NCBI GenBank assembly: GCA_963717935.1
Contig: CAVQXP010000004.1
Location: 1,632,001 to 1,696,000, forward strand
DNA length: 64,000 nt
Source of the DNA: Candidatus Eiseniibacteriota bacterium
GTDB taxonomy: Bacteria; Eisenbacteria; RBG-16-71-46
Reading direction: 5' to 3'
Position 1 is the stretch's first letter. Each line of letters begins with the position of its first letter. This document shows positions 54,568 through 64,000 of this stretch, one piece after another. A model generated the notes under the pieces. It was not told the DNA's origin and searched no databases. It was given only the letters and a program-made list of their open reading frames with translations. The translations under genes were made by a program, and so were the position numbers.

Positions 54568-56155
54568 ATGAAACGTCGTGCGCGTCTCTCGCCCCGGCTG
54601 CCCTGCTCCGCCGTTCGCCGCGCTCTCCTGCGCCGGCTGCGCGGACCGCGCCCCGACGCGCGGCACGACCTGCGTCTGGATCGCGGGACGGCTGGAGCCT
54701 GCCTTCGACCCGCAGGGACCGCCCGATCCCCTGCGCTGGTCCCTCGAGCGGCTGCTCACGCGCGGTCTCGTCGAGGAGGACTCCAGCGGCGCGCTCGTGC
54801 CCGGAGCCGCGGAGCGCTGGGAGTGGTCGCCGACAGCCTCGACGCTCACCTTCCACCTGCGGCCGGGACTCGTGTTCGCCGACGGTTCCCCGTGCGGAAG
54901 CGCGGACTTCCGGCGCGCGCTGACCACCGGGCTGGGGCGCACCGACCACGGCTCGTGGGCCTGGCTGCTGGGCGCGGTCTCCGGCGTCGAGCGCGTGCGC
55001 GCCGGCAGGCCGCTGCCGCCGCTCGGCGTCGAGACGCCCGACTCCCGCACGCTCGTGCTCCGGCTGGCGCGCCGCGACCCGCTGCTGCCCGCGAAGCTCG
55101 CGCTCCCCGGCGCTGAGCGCGCCGTGGTCGGCTTCGGCGTCCGGCGGGTGGCGCGACGCCGCGGGGCTCGGACCGTACCGGGTGCTGGGGGAGGAGCCCG
55201 GGCGCGCGCTCACGCTGGTACGCCGGCGCGCGGGCGCGGCCGGTCCCGACACGATCGTGGTGCGCTTCCAGCCCCTGGCCGCGCGGGTGCTGACCTTCCT
55301 GCGGGCGAACGCCGCCGACCTGGTCTGGCCGCTGCCCGCCACGCTGGAGGCGGCGGCCGCGCCGCCGGGCTTCCGGCTCGGGGTGCGCGCGGCCGCGCCG
55401 CCGGCGCACGCTGTTGCTCGTCATGCGCGCCGATCTGCCGCCCACCTCGCGCCTGGCGACGCGGCACGCGCTGGCGCACAGCGTGAACCGGGACCGGGTG
55501 CTGGAGTTGCTGGGGCGGCGTGCGGGGCGGTTGGGGAGCTGGTTGCCGGGGGCGGGGCCGTACGACTTCCCCGCGCTGGACGAAGGGCAGGCCCGGGAGT
55601 GGATGGGGCGTGGGAAACTCGGCCAGGCCTTCCACGTGGTGATGGGCTACGACGCGGATGGCGTGGGCGCCACGGTGGCAAGGGCCTTGCAAGGGGATTG
55701 GTCGAGGTTGGGGATTTACGCGGAACTGCGCCCGCTGCGCGGACGGAAGCTCGAGCGCGAGTTGCTCGGCGGTCTCTCGCATCTCGTTCTGGTCGAGGAG
55801 CAACCCTGGACGGACGATCCGGCGGGTACCGCTGGCCTCGCTCGTCATGCCCCTGCGCGGGCCAGCCGTGGGCGCGTTCCGCACGGGATGGCGGACGCGG
55901 GAGTTCGATGGTCTGCTCGGCCCGGCGCGGGGCTCGACCTCGCCCGGCCCGGATGCGGCGCAGGCGCGCCTGCGCGAGGACCTGGCCGTACTTCCCCTGG
56001 CGCGGTTGCCGTGGGTCTGGCTGGCGCGGGAGAAGGGTGCGCCCCTGTCCTTCCACCCGCGCTTCGGGCCAGGTTGCGCAGGGTTCGGGTGGTCCGCCCC
56101 GGCGGGGTCAGCCGCGACGGAGTCCCCCGGCGGCCCACCCCCGACCCGGCGTTAG
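54568..56155 (+). CDS. ABC transporter substrate-binding protein, family 5 (peptide/nickel type); frameshifted
   Basis: Lipobox-like AGC; GLV....G...PG.AE.W..S....TLTFHLRPGL.F.DG, GPYR, R.AL.HSVNR. Confidence 0.7.
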
Positions 56156-56336
56156 GCAGGGATCCCGCCGCCGGGTTATCATGTAGGTCGGACACGCCTC
56201 TTGCGAAGCTCTCCGGGCCCGCTCGAACATCCGAGATGACCACATCCATGCCCGTCCCCACCCCGCGTGTTGTCCCGGCCGATCTCTCGGCCGCCCAGGC
56301 TGCCATCACGCTCTGTGCAACTCCCCGGGAGAACCC

Positions 56337-59300
56337 ATGAAGAAGTCCCTCTGCCTGGCCCTCGCCATCCTGCTCGGTTCGGTCATCTGGACGGTTGTGG
56401 CGCCCGGTGCCGCATCGGCCTCGACGACGATCGAACGCGAGTTCCGCTATGGCCGGGACCAGTTCGAGCTGACCCGGAATGCCGACGGCACGACTCACGT
56501 GGAGATGAGCTCGGCCACGCGGGAAGGCACCGCCGGCCGTCCGGACCTGCCCCTGGTGGGTGAGCGCGTGGAGCTGCCTCTGGGGTTGCGGCTCGCAGCG
56601 GTGGAGATCGTCGGGCTCGAGACGGTCCCGCTGGCGCAGGGCGTGCGGTTGCCGAGCGCGATGCTCATGCGCCCCGGGGTGGACGGTCTCGAGCGCTCGG
56701 CGCCGGACCCGGCGATCTTCGGGCATGCGGGCTTCGTCCCCGAGCAGATGGTGCAGGTCGGTGCGCAGGGGTTCGAGCGCGGGCGGAATCTGGCCTACGT
56801 CGTGGTCGCGCCCGTGCGCTGGAACCCGGCGACGGGCGAACTGGAGCGGGTCGAGCGGGTGCGCGTGCGCCTGGTGCTCGAGTCCACCTCGGAGCGGCCG
56901 CTGGAGCGCGAACGCGTGGTGCCCGAGTGGGAGGACGGCGGCGGCGGTGGGGCTGCTCCCGGCTCGCGCGCGGCGCGGCCGACGGCCCTGGTGGATGGCA
57001 CACGTCTGGCGGAGCCCTTCAAGGCCACGCAATTGCCCTCGTTGCTGGGCAGCCCGGTCGCCTATGTCATCGTCACGAACGACGCGATGGCTCCGGCCTT
57101 CCAGCAGCTCGCGGACTGGAAGACGCAGAGCGGCGTCCCCGCCGTGGTGCGCACGATCTCGTTCATCAAGCAGGAGTACCCATTCGGCGCCGATGACGCC
57201 GAACGCGTGCGCTCCTTCATCCGAGACGCCTACTCGCGCTGGGGCGCGAAGTGGGTCCTCCTGGGGGGCGATACCGACGTGGTTCCCACGCGTTTCGCCC
57301 ACACCACCTTCTACGGTGGCGAGTCCATCTCCACGGACCTCTACTTCTCGTGCCTGGATGGCAACTGGAACGCCGACGGGGACAGCCTCTACGGCGAGGG
57401 CGCCGTCAGCTACCCGGTGGCCGCGGGCGACTCCGCCGACCTGCTGCCCGAGGTCTATGTGGGGCGCGCCCCCGCCAGCACGCTCGCCGAGGCGCAACTG
57501 TTCGTGGACAAGGCCATGAAGTACGAGCGGGAGCCCGTAGCCGACTACATGAACACCATCATATCCTTCGCCGAGGTGCTCTTCCCGCAGACCTGGTACC
57601 CGGGCATGGCGACCCAGCTCGACGGGGCCGAACTCATCGACTACGACTTGCTGCCCATCCTGGACACCGTGCCCTGGGTCCACTCCGCGCGGCTCTACGA
57701 GAACTACACCGACGCGCGCTGGCGCCCGGGCGCGCTCCCCGAGTCGCGGGCCCGGGCGATCGATTCGCTGAACGTGGGCTACAACATCGCGGTGCACGTC
57801 GGGCACGGCTACCGCAACACCATGAACATGGGGGACATCGGTCTCACCAACACCGAGGCGATCGCGCTCACGAACGGCGACCGACTGACGAACCTGTACG
57901 CCATCAACTGCAACTCCACGGCAATCGATTACCCGTGCGTCGCCGAGGCGTTCATGAAGGCCCCCAACGGCGGCACCGTCACCGTCGTCGGTTCCACGCG
58001 GTACGATTTCCCGACCTACGGCCGCCAGTACAAGAAGGAGTACTTCGAGCTCCTGTACCAGGAGGATGTCACCGCCGTCGGCGAGGCGCAGGCGCGGCAG
58101 AAGCTGCCGTTCGTGAGCCTGTCCGCCTACGATGGCGCGCACCGCTGGACGCAGATGTCACTGGTCCTGCTGGGTGACCCGGAGCTGCACATCTACACGG
58201 CCACGCCGCGCACGCTCAGCGTCGTGCACCCGGCCTCGATGCCGGTGAGCGATTCGACGCTGGCCGTGAACGTGGCGGTGGACGGCGTGCCGCTCGACAG
58301 CGCGCGGGTGACGGTCTACCGGGCGGACCACGAGTTCGCGAGCGCCCTCACCGACGCGGCCGGGAACGTGACGCTGGCGGTCCGGCCCGACACCCTCGGC
58401 GCCCTGACCCTGACGGTGACCGGGCTCAATTGCCGGCCCTACCAGGCCTCGGTTTCCCTGGTGGCTGGCGCCTACCCCGCGCTGGCGGGGTGCGCGGTCC
58501 TCGTCGACGACAGCGGCGCGGACGGCACCTCCGGCAATGGCAACGGGATCTGGGACGCCGGGGAGACGGTCGCCCTGTACCCGATGCTCCGGAACAACGG
58601 CGGCGCGGACGCGACGTCCGTGTCGGGCGGGTTGCTGACGACCGACGGGCTGGTCACCCTCCTGCAGCCCGCCGCGAGCTACGGCACGATCGCCGTGGCG
58701 GACAGCGCGAGCCCGTCTCCGGGCCTGCTCGTCGGCCTTCCGTTCACGGCGGAGGACCAGCGCGAGGTCCCCTTCGATCTGTACCTGACCGATGGCACGG
58801 GGCGCACGTACCTGGAGCGCTTCCAGCTGACGGTTCGGGCTCCCGAGCTGCGGCACTCCGCGCACGTCATGGTGGACGTGGGCGGGAACCTCGACGGACG
58901 CCCCGACCCGGGCGAGACGGTGGCCTGCTACATCAAGCTGCGCAACCTGGGCACCGGGGTCGCCCAGGGCGTGTCGGCCCGGCTGCGCAATCTCGACGGG
59001 CTCGCCACGGTGACCGATAGCATGGCATCGTGGGCCGACATCCAGCCCGGCGAGGAACTGACGGGGGACGCGTTCAAGTTCACGCCGACGAGCACCGCTG
59101 CCACACTCCTGCTGGTGGTCTCGGACCAGTACGGGGAGCGGCTGCAACAGACGCTGGACATCCTGTACCCGTCCATGCCACAGGGGCTGCTGAGCCTCGG
59201 TGCGGGGGGCAGGATCTCGCTCACCTGGGCGAAGGTCGGGGACACGGGACTGATGGGCTACAACGTCTACCGCGCCACCGCGTCCGCCGGGCCCTTCGTC

Positions 59301-61064
59301 AAGGTGACCCCGGTGCCCACCGACCGCACGGCCTACTTCGTGGACGACGGGCTGGCGCCGCTGACGCGCTACTACCACAAGGTCACGTCCGTGGACCTGT
59401 CCGGCAACGAGTCGACGCCCTCGGCGGCGGTGTCCGCCTGGACGAACCCGCCGGCGCATCCCAGTTTCCCGATCCAGACCCGCCGCCTGTCGCCCGCCCC
59501 CGTGGCGGTGGACCGCATCTACGACGGCTACCCGATGGACATCGTGGCCGGTGCCGACGTGCTCTACCTGTGGCATCCGGACGGCAGCGCCCCGGTGGAC
59601 GCCGACGGCTCCGCGTTCACTTCGGGGGATTTCACGACCCAGGGCAGCTACTACGCGGGCGGTCCCACGGTCGCCGACCTCGACGGTGGCGACAAGGAGA
59701 TCCTCGGGTCCACCTGGGATAGCCACACGATCTACGCGTTCGACCTCGAGGGCCAGGCGAAGCCGGGTTGGCCGGTCACGGTCGCCGACGCCATGTACGC
59801 GGCCGTGGCCGTTGCCGACCTGCAGGGCGACGGGCCGAAGGAGGTCGTGGTGGGCTCGAACGGGTACGACATCTACGCGCTGCAGGCGAACGGTGCCGAG
59901 CTGATGGACGGCGACAACAATCCGGCGACCGTGGGCGTGTTCAAGCACACGGGGGCCATGTACAACTACGGCTCGCCGGCGCTGGCGCCGATCCAGAACG
60001 ACGGCACGAACGCGATCGTCTACGGTGCGTCGGACGCGCGCCTCTACGTCTGGCGGTACGACGGCAGCAACGTGCCCGGCTTCCCCGCGACCCTCGGGGG
60101 CGGCGTGCGCAGCTCGCCTGCGGTGGGCAGCCTGGACGGGCCCGCTGGCCAGCTCAGCATCGTGGTCCCTGCGATGTGCGACTCCCTCTACGTGTTCGGT
60201 GCCGACGGATCGCGCCGGCCGGGCTTCCCGGTCTACTGCCGCATGGAGGCGAACGGCCGGAATCCCTCGCCCGCATTGGCCGACATGGACGGTGATGGCT
60301 ACCTCGACATCGTCCAGGCCAACACCATCGGCGGTCTCTACGTGTGGGACCGCAACGGGGCCATCGTCCCGCCGTGGAACAACATCCGCTACAGCGCGCT
60401 CACGAGCTGGGCGACGGATTGCAGCCCGGTGGCGGCCGACATCGACGGTGACGGCCATCCGGACGTCCTGATGGGCGAGGCGAGCGGCCAGCTGACCGCG
60501 TTCTCCGGCGCTGACGCCAGCATGCTGCCCGGGTTCCCCATCCAGCTCGCGGGCGACGTGTGTGGCTCGCCCGCACTGTGTGACTGTGACGGTGACGGGA
60601 AGACCGAGATCGTGGTCGCCGGCCTGGACCTGACGGTCTACATGTGGGACTACGACTTCCCGTTCTCGCCCGGGCAGGTCCCGCCGTGGCCGCAGTTCCA
60701 CCACGACCCCGCGCGCACGGGCTATGCGGCGACCCCGATCGTGGTGGGGACGGAGGAGGAGACCCCGGTCCTGCCGCGCGCGCTGGAGCTGGCGGCCCCC
60801 GCGCCGAACCCGGCGAGGGGCGGAACGCGGCTCTGGTACGGCGTTCCTGCCGACCGCGCGGGAGACGTGCTCGAGCTGGCGATCTACGACCTCGCCGGCC
60901 GCCGGGTGCGCACCCTGCAGAGCGGCCGGGCCGAGCCGGGGCGGCACTCCGTGTCCTGGGACCTGCGCGACGCGGCGGGGGCGCCGGCGCATGCCGGGGT
61001 GTACTTCGCCCGCTTCTCGCTGGGCGCGGAGGCCTGTTCGCGGAAGCTCGTCGTGGTCCGATAG
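56337..61064 (+). CDS. Secreted C25 (gingipain-like) cysteine peptidase with propeptide, FN3, FG-GAP repeats and FlgD-Ig/T9SS-like CTD
   Basis: 1575 aa; G.PDLP propeptide, YVIVT..WKTQ.G, VLLGGD..VP, DLYF..LDG.W, VGRAP, HVGHG (His), INCNS (Cys), LLGDP; AD.DGDG..(D/E) repeats; WPQFHHD; PAPNP..IYD.AGRRVR..GVYF. Confidence 0.9.
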   Translation: MKKSLCLALAILLGSVIWTVVAPGAASASTTIEREFRYGRDQFELTRNADGTTHVEMSSATREGTAGRPDLPLVGERVELPLGLRLAAVEIVGLETVPLAQGVRLPSAMLMRPGVDGLERSAPDPAIFGHAGFVPEQMVQVGAQGFERGRNLAYVVVAPVRWNPATGELERVERVRVRLVLESTSERPLERERVVPEWEDGGGGGAAPGSRAARPTALVDGTRLAEPFKATQLPSLLGSPVAYVIVTNDAMAPAFQQLADWKTQSGVPAVVRTISFIKQEYPFGADDAERVRSFIRDAYSRWGAKWVLLGGDTDVVPTRFAHTTFYGGESISTDLYFSCLDGNWNADGDSLYGEGAVSYPVAAGDSADLLPEVYVGRAPASTLAEAQLFVDKAMKYEREPVADYMNTIISFAEVLFPQTWYPGMATQLDGAELIDYDLLPILDTVPWVHSARLYENYTDARWRPGALPESRARAIDSLNVGYNIAVHVGHGYRNTMNMGDIGLTNTEAIALTNGDRLTNLYAINCNSTAIDYPCVAEAFMKAPNGGTVTVVGSTRYDFPTYGRQYKKEYFELLYQEDVTAVGEAQARQKLPFVSLSAYDGAHRWTQMSLVLLGDPELHIYTATPRTLSVVHPASMPVSDSTLAVNVAVDGVPLDSARVTVYRADHEFASALTDAAGNVTLAVRPDTLGALTLTVTGLNCRPYQASVSLVAGAYPALAGCAVLVDDSGADGTSGNGNGIWDAGETVALYPMLRNNGGADATSVSGGLLTTDGLVTLLQPAASYGTIAVADSASPSPGLLVGLPFTAEDQREVPFDLYLTDGTGRTYLERFQLTVRAPELRHSAHVMVDVGGNLDGRPDPGETVACYIKLRNLGTGVAQGVSARLRNLDGLATVTDSMASWADIQPGEELTGDAFKFTPTSTAATLLLVVSDQYGERLQQTLDILYPSMPQGLLSLGAGGRISLTWAKVGDTGLMGYNVYRATASAGPFVKVTPVPTDRTAYFVDDGLAPLTRYYHKVTSVDLSGNESTPSAAVSAWTNPPAHPSFPIQTRRLSPAPVAVDRIYDGYPMDIVAGADVLYLWHPDGSAPVDADGSAFTSGDFTTQGSYYAGGPTVADLDGGDKEILGSTWDSHTIYAFDLEGQAKPGWPVTVADAMYAAVAVADLQGDGPKEVVVGSNGYDIYALQANGAELMDGDNNPATVGVFKHTGAMYNYGSPALAPIQNDGTNAIVYGASDARLYVWRYDGSNVPGFPATLGGGVRSSPAVGSLDGPAGQLSIVVPAMCDSLYVFGADGSRRPGFPVYCRMEANGRNPSPALADMDGDGYLDIVQANTIGGLYVWDRNGAIVPPWNNIRYSALTSWATDCSPVAADIDGDGHPDVLMGEASGQLTAFSGADASMLPGFPIQLAGDVCGSPALCDCDGDGKTEIVVAGLDLTVYMWDYDFPFSPGQVPPWPQFHHDPARTGYAATPIVVGTEEETPVLPRALELAAPAPNPARGGTRLWYGVPADRAGDVLELAIYDLAGRRVRTLQSGRAEPGRHSVSWDLRDAAGAPAHAGVYFARFSLGAEACSRKLVVVR

Positions 61065-61078
61065 GGCGCGGTGCGGAC

Positions 61079-61110
61079 GGAGGCCGCCCGGGCAGTCCCG
61101 GGCGGCCTCC
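61079..61110 (+). terminator. Hairpin after the C25 gene
   Basis: GGAGGCCGCCCGGG-CAGT-CCCGGGCGGCCTCC, perfect 14-bp stem. Confidence 0.55.
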
Positions 61111-61225
61111 TCGCGTCCGGCGCGGTCGGTCACCACGGGGTCGGTCACGGACCGCGCCGCGCCGCGCTGTGCTAGAGTCCGCCATGTCCATCCTGATCGC
61201 GTGAAGCTCAACCCTCAGGGACGCC

Positions 61226-64000
<2,775 letters not shown>

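Overview
A very GC-rich bacterial chromosomal window, mostly housekeeping and cell-envelope genes. Secreted proteins with FlgD-Ig/T9SS-like C-termini, a gingipain-like C25 protease, an S46 dipeptidyl peptidase, a GWxTD protein and a '(S/T)(W/F)GxLKxxY' C-terminal tail suggest an FCB-related candidate lineage such as Ca. Eisenbacteria (inference only). Content: central carbon metabolism (tal start, pckG, glk, malQ, ptb, a pta-buk fusion, sucA-sucB-lpdA, a decayed 2-oxoacid:ferredoxin oxidoreductase cluster), Glu/Gln metabolism (GS-like, gdhA, glnS, gltX), signalling (two SpoIIE/PP2C phosphatases, a PAS protein, a receiver-PPDK_N protein), proteases and outer-membrane proteins, and tRNA-Leu(UAA). 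Many genes carry single-base frameshifts in patches, most likely long-read indel errors. Most notable: (1) an intact archaeal-type gatE-gatD pair followed by a glutamine synthetase-like gene, in a bacterium that also encodes GlnRS; (2) three dispersed intergenic hairpins with 29-30 bp stems that share an identical 23-nt core (13-nt loop) while their outer stems differ completely yet stay paired, two with a REP-like GTAG foot; (3) an unannotated 18-codon Trp-Trp peptide followed by two hairpins; (4) a Pta-like domain lacking the catalytic Ser/Arg fused to butyrate kinase; (5) a porA gene reduced to a 25-aa scar. No CRISPR array, integrase, transposase or prophage was seen.
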